Shown here: piece by piece, positions 22,381-32,182 of the stretch
How the letters are laid out: each line of letters opens with the position of its first letter
How positions within the stretch are numbered: position 1 is the first letter of the stretch
Source: Hyphochytrium catenoides
Lineage: Eukaryota > Protista > Hyphochytriomycota
Direction: 5' to 3'
Assembly (NCBI GenBank): GCA_900088475.1
Contig: FLMG01004519.1
Span: 1-32,182 of the forward strand
DNA: 32,182 bases
Translations under genes and position numbers: made by a program
Notes under the pieces: model-generated
The model's input: only the letters and a program-made list of their open reading frames with translations
What the model was told of the DNA's origin: nothing
The model's database searches: none

Positions 22381-25300
22381 TTGTGTTTGACTGTCCTTTG
22401 TTCCTGCTTGCCTTTATCTTGCCCTTTGCTACCTGTCTTCACGTTGATTGGTTTCTTTGATCGTAACCTCTGGGCCAGGCGTGGGAACGTACGCCAAATG
22501 GTGGAGAGGCTCACGCTCAAGGCTCTTTGGAGGTGGAGAGAACCCTCTGATAGCGCCAAGGGTTCTTGACAATGGGGAGCAGCAGTCAAATGGAGGCCAG
22601 GGTTTTCAATGGGAGAATGACTGCCATAACTTCAAGCTCATGGCAGACTTTTGCCTAGTCAATGGAGAGACTTTTTTCGTTGACAGACGGCACAAAGAGT
22701 TGGTACAGTTCTTGCGGTGGCAGGCATCTGATGAGGAGCTGCGCCTATGTCTGTTTCTTTACCATCAAGCTAGGATTTGGTCAAGGTGGAAGAAGGATCA
22801 TGGGGACGCGGAACTATTGTCTCCCTCAATGGTAGAAGATAGTATCAGTCCTCCAATGTTGAAGCGCTTAGGGAGTGGGCGGAAGCACAAGGAGGAGATC
22901 AACATGTCCCACATAGAAAATCTTTCTGCCATCAATATTATCAAGGTTCTAGCCCCTGAGGAAATAGAGTGTGTTCCTTCCGAAGAGCTTATGAAGATAC
23001 TCAGCAAAAGGGAGTGCCTGACTCTGGAAAGGAGCATTGTATTGTCTAAGGTATCCAAGAAGGAGCCTAAAGTGCAGACGGAGTACAATGAAGCCTGGCT
23101 TGACAAGAATAGGAAGAAGAGGTACGAGTTAGGGCTATAGTCAAGCAGGGGCAAGTGAGTGAACTAAACAGAGGGGTATCGTGAGCTAAGGAATGACCAA
23201 CGTGTCAAGAGAAGCATAGAAAATGGCGACATGGCGTGCCGCAGATCCTAGGCAAAACGATACTGCCATGAATAAAAGCCGGTGACAGGCAGAAGGGTCA
23301 GGGACAAGCGAGGAAGCAGGAGGAGGTGGAAAGAGGAGATCTAACGTCATCTATACAGCTCCTTTGCCAAGGTTCTGAGCCGAATGTTGTGCATAGAGTC
23401 ACTTACGGTCACACTGGGGGATGAAGCCTTTCTGGCCCTTTATTACTGTCATGTCGCCTTTCTGACTGTCTGCGGCTACGAGCCAGAGGATGCTATCGGT
23501 GAGTGACTCTCCTCGAGCCTGTTTAGCTAGCCCCTCTTGCTAAAGAAGTATCAGCCTTATGCTCCCAAGTAGCTGAGTTCTTAGTCCCCTCCATTGCGTG
23601 CATCTACCGTTCACCATCTGTTTGGCCGGTAGGGAGTAATAGTTTCTGTCGTCTGACACTTCTGCGATGATGTACTAATGTGCGGCCCTGTGCTTTCACT
23701 TGATTCGGGCCTTCTACCTGATCCCGGGATTGGCCTTCTTGACTTCTTTAGCTCTCTTGCTCTCGGACGTCCCGGGGTTATCATTCGCGTCTGGAGCTTA
23801 TTTTCCGCAGAAAGGAGCCGGAGGGGCCATGGAAGTGGAGGACGAACGAGCGACAGATGCTCTGGTTCAGTCTCTGTTCCAGAGTGTTTTTGAGTTTGAG
23901 TCATACCTGGACGTGAGTGAACGCTGTCATGATCCCTAGCCTTCTCTCTTCTGGCTGAGATCGTCCTTTGAATACCCCTAGATTTGTGGACGCGAGTTAT
24001 CTCCCGTCTTCTCTCCTTATGATTCGATTTCGCCTCCTCTTTTTCCCTAGCTTTCAATCCGCTCAGGGCTTCCCCTTAAGGTCCGCAGTGGAACGTAAAG
24101 GCCTCTTCCGTTGCTCTCTCCCTTCGCTCGAAGCTTAACTCCATCATGTCGTGTCGTCCCAATTCTAGGCACTTAACGTCTCGGACACATTTGAAGCGGC
24201 GGTGGAGGTTGGGAACGAAGCAATTGCATATGAATGCTTTCATAAGGCCAGCAACATTCTGCTGATGTTCTCTTCGTCATCATCTCCGGCGTCATTTTCG
24301 TCTGATACTCCTGTCGATAGCTCTGCTGGTTCAGAGAAGGAGAACAAAGAAGATGTACATTTCTTGCTTACGCCTTTCGGGCGGACATGCACGGTGCTAG
24401 AGCGAGTCATATTCTGCGGCATTTCTCTTCTGGAGAGAGAGAAAAAATACTCAGAAGCCATTCACTATATCCAGCTCGTTCTTTCTGCTTCGCATCCCGT
24501 CATTTTCAAGGCCCAGCGGAGCTTACTCTGGTTTAGGCTATCAATGGTACCAGTGCAAAACCCACGCGCCCCTCTTCTCCCTTCCTCGTTATAGTTGTCG
24601 ACTTTCTTGCTGTTTCGAGCGGAGTTTTCTCCAAGGCAATGCATTGCATCTCTGCTGCTTTTGTCTCCGTCGCCATCCTCTTCCTGCTCATGTTCGCCTT
24701 ATCTCCTTCAGGATTACTATCACCTTGGAAGCGCCTCAAAGGCTCTTGAGGCTTGCGAGCTGGGGCTGGAAGATCTCCACGTAGGGGGTGGGGATCGTCT
24801 GCAGTTAGAGGACCGCTGCATGCGGTTGAGCTCTCCACCTCTGAGATGGAAAAAGCCCAGCATTCCGACAAGGATCACTGCTGAGATCAGGTACAGAGAG
24901 AGAAAGAGTCAGGGTAGACCTGCCAGGACATTTTATGGATGGCTCTCATATTCTGAAACTGGGAGGACCCGGGCGTGCTCCAGATAACGTTTGCTCTTTG
25001 GCCGCCTGATTCCTGAAAGGAGAATTTTGGTTTTGGCTTCTCGATTGATTTTGTCTCCACTTCCGCCTTTCATGGTAAGCATCTGATATCTTCTCTGGCC
25101 TCTTGCATGTTATCAGGACTTTAAAAGAGGAAGAAGTTGCCACACAACCTTGTCAGGCCACGGACGTAGGTGCAACAACCGAGAATGGCGGGCCGTTAGG
25201 TGACGGAGTGACGGGAGGTAGCATTGAAGACAAAGTGAAGAGGTGGTACCTCAACTATCTTTGTAGAAGAGACGACCTGGAAAATGGAATAGTTGCACTA

Positions 25301-26393
25301 GATTGCGCTCCTTCTGCACAATGGACTGGAATGCACGCTGAGAATGGGATCTTCCTCACTCTCTTCTCTCTCTTGTGCTGGGAGGTCATCTTCCCGACCC
25401 CGCCCGACGGAGAAAGAAAGGAAGACCTCGGTATACAGCTGCCATACCAAGACTGTCCTTTGGACTTCTTCTCCTTCACCTTTTTCAGAAGAAGACACAG
25501 AAAAGCACTACTGGAGGTCGAACTAGAAAGGATTAAGGAAGGTAAACATCTCTGGGCTCTCCAGGCGCTTTTCCTCCACTCTTTCTGCTGGGCCTCTTGG
25601 CTTTCGAGTCTAAAGGGCCTGTTGATGGCTGCGCATGACTGTCCGTGCCTCAAACCACGTTTCATAGGCTACGCCGAGATCCTCAAGGCAATGTGGCAAA
25701 GACATTGTCCCTCCGTCTGTGTGGGATGTGACTGGTCCAGGAACTCTCTGGAAGAACTATTGAGGATTGCTAATGGCCTTGGAGGTCTGGTTCTCGCTGA
25801 AGTCTGTCGCACTTTGGCTGAGAACTATCCGGAGTATTCACACGGCTTCCCAGACCTCATTCTGTGGACCCAAACTGGAGAGTAGGTCAAGCATTATCCT
25901 TGTCTCTAAAACCCATTGCGTTAGTGCAGTAAGCGTCTCTCATTCATCAGCTTAGCTCGTGGACTGTTAGCTGAGCCTTTTTAGCTGACTTCACTGTTTC
26001 TGCAGGCCCAAGGTCCTTCTAGTTGAGGTGAAGGGTCCAGGAGATAGACTGAGGTAAGCTACAATCAGATGCACACCAGTCAATTACCTAGTCGTTGCTC
26101 CTTCGGTGTCAAGACTTTCAATGCCATCGTTCTCACTGAATCCATTTACTTGCATGTCTCTGTCTCATCCCTTTCGCCTCTCGGTTCGTCAGCTACGCCC
26201 AACATCATTGGATTCACAGGTAAGCTGAGAACAAAATCTTTCTGTGCAAGAGACTGATGTCTGAGAGTTCCTTTTGTCTAATAGGCTGCGAGGCGCTGGT
26301 GCCAGCGTAGAAGTGTGCTATGTCCTCAGGGACAAGTCTTCTCCCTCTTCCTCTCCACCAGTAGGCGAACAGTCGCCTCCTATTGAACCATAA
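21441..26393 (+). CDS. FAN1: Fanconi-associated nuclease 1 (VRR-NUC, PD-(D/E)XK nuclease), multi-exon
   Basis: Spliced C-terminal exons give GMHAENGIFLTLFSLLCWEVIF, PYQDCPLDFFSFTF and LAENYPEYSHGFPDLILW, then VLLVEVKGPGDRL (about 26013-26052) and YAQHHWIHR..GASVEVCYV, with TAA at 26391-26393. A TPR-like segment LLEREKKYSEAIHYIQLVL..LWFRLS lies upstream. The start at ATG 21441 is inferred from a phase-consistent intron (21788-22058). Some internal exons are unresolved. Confidence 0.88.
22288..22382. repeat. Compound (CT)n microsatellite with a 12-bp higher-order unit (TTTCTCTCTCTC) in a FAN1 intron
   Basis: Directly visible, almost pure pyrimidine tract of about 95 bp. Confidence 0.95.
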
Positions 26394-27578
26394 CTTAGCA
26401 CACACACACACCTACTTGTGACTGATATTTTCTCTTACCATCCAAAGAATGCATGCATCTGTCTCTCGCTCCAGCCCCTCTGATGTTTGTTACTTTCCAG
26501 GCTGCTGCTGAACTATGTTTCTTGTTCACTGCCTTCCTATCCAGGTGTTAAGTCTCTTTTACCTCCTTCACCTCTTCTCATCTCTGTTCTTCTGCTTCAG
26601 TTCTCGACCTATTGCACCTTTGTCTGCTCTTCTTGCCTTTGGACCATGACCATACCCAACCTTCCAACTCTGGAGGGCGTACTTTCGCGAGGCATCCACA
26701 GTGAGCTGTCTGTGAGGTGCTACGTACTGCGCCCAATAGTGAGCGTGATCTCTGATGACTTGCTGCGACGAGACTCGCAGTAGGACAGATACGGATCGGA
26801 CACATCAAAGAGAGAGGAATGGTTTAACGAAATGATCGTGATTGCTCCTGGTAGCTTCCATTCCAGCTCCACCCAGCCCGAAGAGAGGATACACCTAAGT
26901 TGAACCCCTTACAAAGGGCTGCACAAGATTCAATAATCTTAGACTTTATAAGACAGACTTTCCTTGGGCTCGGCAACACCGCCTCCAACAGGAAGAAGTC
27001 CCTTCCCCAGGGTCAGCATCCACCACTTTCCAAGCAACGGCGACCCTTCCCGCGCCTCTCACATTCACTTACACGAATGACTTCACGGGTTGTCTTGTTC
27101 AGTTGTACGGGCCATTGCCTAAGGAGGCCAAGACATGCCTCGCCTCACACAGACTGAGCGACGGATTATGTATGTCTAACATGATGAGCGATAAGCGCAT
27201 AACTTACTTCGGGTATTGACTTGCGTCTGCGCATGTCATCGGTGCGTATCAGTACCCCTCACTTTCCCCATTTGAGCTTCCTCTTCCTCGTAAGCAAAGT
27301 CCTTGCCCACTTCCTTGATGTTGATTTATATTCAGGCAAGAGCGATATCACAGAGAACCTGGTGCCACTAGCAGTGGTGGCATTATCGGCAATGGAATGG
27401 GAACAAACAATGGAGTATGACACTAAGGAGAGATGCATAGGGAGGAGCAAACTAGATACATCTGGCCTCAATGTTTGACAGAGATTGACCAGAGGCCTGG
27501 TATTATGCTGATCTTTAAGGCGTAAGTGAAAGAGAGATCCGCGCTTCGTTCCCTCTTTAGATGGGTACCCCAGCACGA

Positions 27579-28919
27579 CTACCAGACCACTGGAAGTTCC
27601 TTTATGCCAACATCCTTTTCTGGAGGTGTGTACTTGACCTCAGAGAAAGGGATAGCGAGCTTGAGAGAAGGAAGCTTCTGAAATATGGTGCCAAAAACGG
27701 ACTGCAGCTCTGCTCGCGCTAGCCACTCGGCGATGCATTCATGAATGCCATAACCGAACGCCAGATGAGGATTTGGTTGGCGATGGATGTCGAAGGTATC
27801 GGGATCCTGGAAGACATTGTCATCTCTATTCGCGGACTGGTTGGATGCAATTAAACCTTCGCCCGCCTTAATCCGGGTCCCCGCGAAGGTCACGTCCTCC
27901 TTCGCTACTCTCCTCATTGCTAAAGCAGAGGCAGTATGATAGCGCAATATCTCTTCGACGGCTGAAGAGACCAGCGTAGGATTCTTCTTGAGCTCGTCGA
28001 GTTGTTTAGGGTGTTCCAATAGAGTTACGACCCCAAGCGCTATCATGCTCACCATCGTAGCGTTGCCAGCCACCAACAAGAGAAATGTGATGCGCACAAG
28101 GTCTTCATGCTCCAAATGCCCCGGACGGAGCTGTTCGGCTACTAGTCTGCTGATGAGGTCATCGGTCGGTTGCTGTTCCTTCTTGACAATCAGTTTATCC
28201 AAATAGTCCGACAGTTCTTTACTCGCTGCGGACGCTTGGGTGGACGTAGAGCTTCCACTCGTTCGAACAGCGTTACAACTGGTAAGGTACTCCATGTCTT
28301 CGTAAGGAATCCCCAAGAGCCGGTAGATAATCTGGGTTGGCACTGGAAAGGCGAAGCTCTCGATAAGATCCACCGGTTGTTTGCCATCGTGTTTCTTCAT
28401 CATTGCGTCCAAGGAGTCCTCCACTGTCCTTTGAATGCTTTGGCGCATCGTCTCGACATTTTGCTTTGAGAAGAATGGGTTGACCATTCCTCTCTGAACA
28501 GTGTGTTCTGGTGGGTCCATATCAACAAAGGTCGGTCTTAGCGAGGCAGCGGCCCTACCCCCGGCATCGAGCTCTGGAAATCCCTTCCAAGTGCGAATCT
28601 TGCTAAAGCGATTGTCTTCCGAGAGACTGCAGACATCCTTGTGCCGCGTGACCAGCCAGGCTGTGCTGCCATCCCAAAGCTTCACCTTCGAGAGTCCGTC
28701 TTTCTTACGCATATCTGCAAACTCTGCAGGGGGTTCATACCCTGACGGACGCCTGAACGGAAAGCATGGAATGTCTCCTTCTTTCGTTGCCGTAGGATTC
28801 GTAGCCATGCTGCGGACCGTCCAAGAAGCAACGTTGAGGCGTCTCGACTGCCAATGCCTCGAAAGCTGCTTCACCGCGCTACGATAGGTCAATGAACCGG
28901 TGACCGTCCTAAAGCACAT
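27579..28919 (-). CDS. CYP55: Cytochrome P450nor (CYP55 family nitric-oxide reductase), intronless; 446 aa from ATG 28919 or 409 aa from ATG 28808
   Basis: The single ORF has CYP55 hallmarks FPFxRxSGxEPPAEF, SKIRT.KGFPEL..GG, PTFVDMDPPEH and NAVRTSGSST. It also has the I-helix FLLLVAGNATMV (the usual acidic residue before Thr is replaced by Ala), the K-helix EEILRYHTASALA, IASNQSANRD, the heme motif FGYGIHECIAE and the C-terminal YTP..KDVGI..LPV. Equivalents of Fusarium P450nor R64, R174, T243, S286 and D393 are all present. Confidence 0.95.
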   Translation of the reverse strand: MCFRTVTGSLTYRSAVKQLSRHWQSRRLNVASWTVRSMATNPTATKEGDIPCFPFRRPSGYEPPAEFADMRKKDGLSKVKLWDGSTAWLVTRHKDVCSLSEDNRFSKIRTWKGFPELDAGGRAAASLRPTFVDMDPPEHTVQRGMVNPFFSKQNVETMRQSIQRTVEDSLDAMMKKHDGKQPVDLIESFAFPVPTQIIYRLLGIPYEDMEYLTSCNAVRTSGSSTSTQASAASKELSDYLDKLIVKKEQQPTDDLISRLVAEQLRPGHLEHEDLVRITFLLLVAGNATMVSMIALGVVTLLEHPKQLDELKKNPTLVSSAVEEILRYHTASALAMRRVAKEDVTFAGTRIKAGEGLIASNQSANRDDNVFQDPDTFDIHRQPNPHLAFGYGIHECIAEWLARAELQSVFGTIFQKLPSLKLAIPFSEVKYTPPEKDVGIKELPVVW

Positions 28920-30130
28920 TGCTGTCTGCGCGGGTATCAAAGCGATTTTGATTATGATTAACAATGATCATAAAGAAGCTTGGCGCTACGTGCCTGCAAT
29001 CGCTGAGGGCCTACTACTAGCTACCGTTCCCTCTTCTCTTGTATGATGCATCGAGTATGCCCTTCCCCCCGGCCGGTGGGCGGATAACTTAAAGTTCTGA
29101 CAAATTAAGGAGCCGAGTGATTGGCGCTTTCGTCTGAAGGGTCGGTCTTGTATGCTATGCGTCAAGTCAAGGCCAGCACCTGTGCAAAGTCCCCGAAGAA
29201 AGAATATGTGTAATCGATCGGGAGATGCCAGCTGGTTCTCACGCATCAACTGTTAAGTTGTCCAGGAAGATGGCACAGACGGCAGAGCCTACTTTAGCAA
29301 CTAAGCCAAAGTAACCCCACCTCAAGTGTCATCATGCAGCATTCTTCTGTTTGTCACTCAGCAGCAAGATTCTGTCTGCCGGTTAGCTGTATGGACAACA
29401 GCGATGTTCTCAGGCTGCAGAAGGGAGGATGGAAGGGTCCGAACTACCTGGCGGTGCGACAGTCAACAGCGGCAGCATGTGTTGGAGCCAAAACGACTAG
29501 TGGCGGGTGGCCGCCGTGTTGCACATCATTATGAGTAATGCTCTTCGTCATGTCACAAAGATCGTGATGTTCCATGCAACAGAGAGCAGATGGAGGACAA
29601 CCTCGCCAAAAGCAAGGAAAACCAAGACTCCAGAAGAGGGCAAACTCACCATCATGTTATTGCCTCATCCAGTGTCATGGCAGTAGTACGGAGCAAGCAG
29701 CGGACAGGTAGACAGAAGAACTAGAACCTCAATAGAGAACCAGCAGGGCGTAGCAAGCTCTCCGGAAAGAATGGAGGCAAATCTCCGCCGCTGCTCGCTG
29801 CTGTGTCACCTTCGCAGCTGCGTCTCTGCTGGATCCTTCTCCTTCCTCATCATCGGCACACAACGCACTACGGCTGGCTTAGAACTACTAGTGCTATGTC
29901 GCCATGGTGGCTGACAGTTCAAACTAAGACAGAACCTCCATCCTCCAAACCCCACTTTTTTTTTCCACCTGTGGTTTCTTCTGGTTGTCTTTTCTTCATT
30001 AATAAGGCCGTTCTAAGTATGGCCCAACAATGTCAGTAAGATAAAAAGCCCAGTTCCATTTGTAAGCGCGGACCTATGGGCTACGCTCGACGCCTTTGTC
30101 AAAGGAAAGGAACTGTCAATTCGCACCAGC

Positions 30131-30424
30131 TCTTGTACTTGTACAAGTCTTGACTCTCTTGTAAGTACAAGTTATAAAGAGGTGAATACTTGTATTCCTG
30201 GCAAGGGTCTTGTTTGTTGACGATGAGGGCTCTGGGGACTTGTTGCTGGCAAGCTACTTGGTACTTGTCTACGATCCTCTCACTTACACTTATTATTTAC
30301 TTGTAACTGACGACTCTTGTTATTAGCGTTACAAGTTACAAGCATCAAGCGTCGAGAGCAAGACTCTTGGGAAGCTCCAGCTTGTCACTTCTCACCTCAA
30401 TGCTTGCAAGCACTTCTTGCAAGA
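30131..30424. repeat. Cluster of CTTG/CAAG (often CTTGT/ACAAG) motifs with short palindromes
   Basis: About 25 CTTG or CAAG occurrences in about 295 bp by manual count. Palindromes are ACTTGTACAAGT (30137-30148), TGCTTGCAAGCA (30401-30412) and TCTTGCAAGA (30415-30424). Confidence 0.75.
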
Positions 30425-30825
30425 GCACTTTTCTCAAAGTTCTACATCATCATAGGCCTTGATCCTATGGGTAATAAGTCCCTTGTCCTCTCCATCTCTG
30501 GTCCTCCTTTGCCTCCTTCCTCCTAATCGCCTGGCCTGAATGGTCTCAGATGATGTCGACGCGATGATGATGAGTGGTGGCGATGAGAAGAGGGCGATGA
30601 TCTAATAACTACAATCACTTATTATTAGCAGATGGGTGGTCCTCACCACAGACAGGGAGGAGACATGTCGTTGGAAGATCACTGACAATGTACTCGCCGC
30701 AGTTTGCTATTTTTGCCCGGTCACTCACTTCCAGAGATAGAGATGACTGCCAAGCCACGATGATTGCGATTCCTGAGAGCTGTGATACATCATGTCGTCG
30801 ATTCTTGAGGATGAAACTGTCCGAC

Positions 30826-31300
30826 TCCGCATCACAAAGAGCTATCGAAGTCAGGTGATGATTGATGATGGATAAAGACCGCAGCAGCCACCAATAATCT
30901 ATTATCGGGCAATCTGTTGGTCAATCTGTAGGATATTACTGCTTCCTATCACGCTTGGGATGACAAGAGACTGCATGTGTAGCTAGCCTCCGTACGGTCC
31001 TTGTTCGCCCTTCGTGATATGTGTCACCAGGCCAGTCACCACCCACCAGACACATTGTCAACAAGATAAGTCCTATTCCGCATCACAAAGAGCTATCTGA
31101 GTCAGGTGAACGATATTTGATGATGGATAAAGACCGCAGCCACTAATGTATTCTCAATCAACTGATATGGATGCAGATGTTGCTGCTTATTACCATAGTT
31201 ACGAAGAGGAGGATGTAAGAAACTCCATGTATGGCTAACATATCTATGGTGCTTGTTCGCCCTTCGTGATACCTCACCAGTCACAGGTGTCAAGATAAGT
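30826..31300. repeat. Degenerate direct tandem duplication, period about 250 bp
   Basis: Shared blocks are TCCGCATCACAAAGAGCTATC (30826 and 31077), TGATGATGGATAAAGACCGCAGC in both copies, CTTGTTCGCCCTTCGTGATA (31000 and 31252) and CAAGATAAGT (31062 and 31291). Confidence 0.85.
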
Positions 31301-31717
31301 GAAGAGGTCTTCCTCAAAGTCCTCCTCCATTGTCATCCTTCGTGATGCTTCATCGTGAACATTAGTTGTCGCTGACAGTTCGTCGTTTACCTGACGACGA
31401 TTTGAATAGGTGCCATCTTTCAACCTCCCTGGAAGATATTTTCTAGCTTGTCCACGAGATATGCTGTGAATCTTCCCAAGGAACGATTCTTCTGCTGCTG
31501 CCTTCGGTAGAGAATTCATCCTCCTTTCATCACTCGTTGACCTCGACCCATCATCGGACTTTTTACTTATCATTCTCTGCTGTGAAATTTGCTGCCCGAG
31601 GAGGATGGTGTAGCTGCTTCTTCTCAGGATTGGCAATAAAAGAATAGGTTGAGCTCGCCTTTATTGGAGTGGGGGGAGAGAGGAGACGGCGATGCTGCCT
31701 TCTTCTAACATCAACAA

Positions 31718-31942
31718 TTACAGAGCTACGGTGCGTTCAACCTTCTTCTTGGCGATTATGCGCTTGGTTGCCCTGTTGTCCTTGTTGGCAGCATGATAAA
31801 GGTTCACTTGCGCTCGCAGGGCAAGCGTTGAAGCCTTCTCCTGGAGAATGATGGAGAGGAGGTCGTTGGCCAGTGTTGAATAGTGGTGCGTCACAAGTAT
31901 ACTAGAGGCAAGAGCTGACCTTGGCTCTTCGAGCAGCGTACA
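31718..31942 (-). CDS. Possible last two exons of an unidentified gene continuing beyond the window
   Basis: A micro-exon at 31942-31920 (TTTAG|...AAG|GTCAGC) joins in phase to exon 31840-31718 (TTCTCCAG|) to give YAARRAK-EKASTLALRAQVNLYHAANKDNRATKRIIAKKKVERTVAL*. A minus-strand AATAAA follows at 31665-31660. No family was recognised. Confidence 0.35.
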   Translation of the reverse strand, partial: CTLLEEPRSALASSILVTHHYSTLANDLLSIILQEKASTLALRAQVNLYHAANKDNRATKRIIAKKKVERTVAL

Positions 31943-32182
31943 CTAAACCGAGGAGAGGTCATCAGGAGAGTTTATTGAACAAATCGCCCATACAATGCTG
32001 CGTCAGACGGGCAGGTTGCTTGAACTTCTTCTTGAATACCCGTGGGCGAGGTGCGCATCATAATACGATGGCTACGCGGGCAGCCGGTTGTCGGGTAAGC
32101 TCTAGCTTCTATCAAAGACGACAGTGGTCTAGCCATCAAGGAGGGAAGCTGATAGCCCAATGGGCGTGGGATCTTTTTTCAA

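Noticed and set aside
22060-22589. SLSF-repeat and EREK-repeat ORFs
   Set aside because: They are translation artefacts of the intronic CT microsatellite.
201-26393. Separase, SPR2-like and FAN1 as a functional genome-stability cluster
   Set aside because: They are interrupted by unrelated genes, have mixed orientation and show no shared regulatory motif, which fits chance adjacency.
30826-31300. CRISPR-like repeat-spacer array
   Set aside because: There are only two copies of several different blocks, the context is eukaryotic, and no cas genes are present.
31274-31636. 120-codon minus-strand ORF with faint HMG-box-like flavour and an acidic tail
   Set aside because: Key HMG aromatic residues are absent, the start is not ATG, and it overlaps the decayed repeat.

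Overview
Eukaryotic, intron-rich genomic DNA (GT-AG introns of about 55-280 nt, often with CTRAC/CTAAC branch points). By manual splicing I find five recognisable genes. These are a separase (+, 201-8451) with a SAP DNA-binding motif inserted in its protease region, a convergent TORTIFOLIA1/SPIRAL2-like HEAT-repeat protein (-, 8572-13688), a NUDT8-type CoA diphosphatase (-, 14578-16256), a FAN1/VRR-NUC nuclease (+, 21441-26393), and an intronless cytochrome P450nor/CYP55 nitric-oxide reductase (-, 27579-28919) with a mitochondrial-type presequence and a second in-frame ATG. There is also one largely disordered hypothetical protein (+, about 19341-20662) and a possible gene 3' end at the right edge. 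The 29-31.3 kb region is non-coding and holds a CTTG/CAAG motif cluster and a degenerate ~250-bp tandem duplication. From memory, the Nudix sequence resembles ochrophyte/stramenopile homologues. If that host assignment holds, the P450nor (known from fungi and chlorophytes) and the SPR2-like gene (described as plant-specific) are both outside their usual range. Family calls come from motif recognition only. No database search was run.
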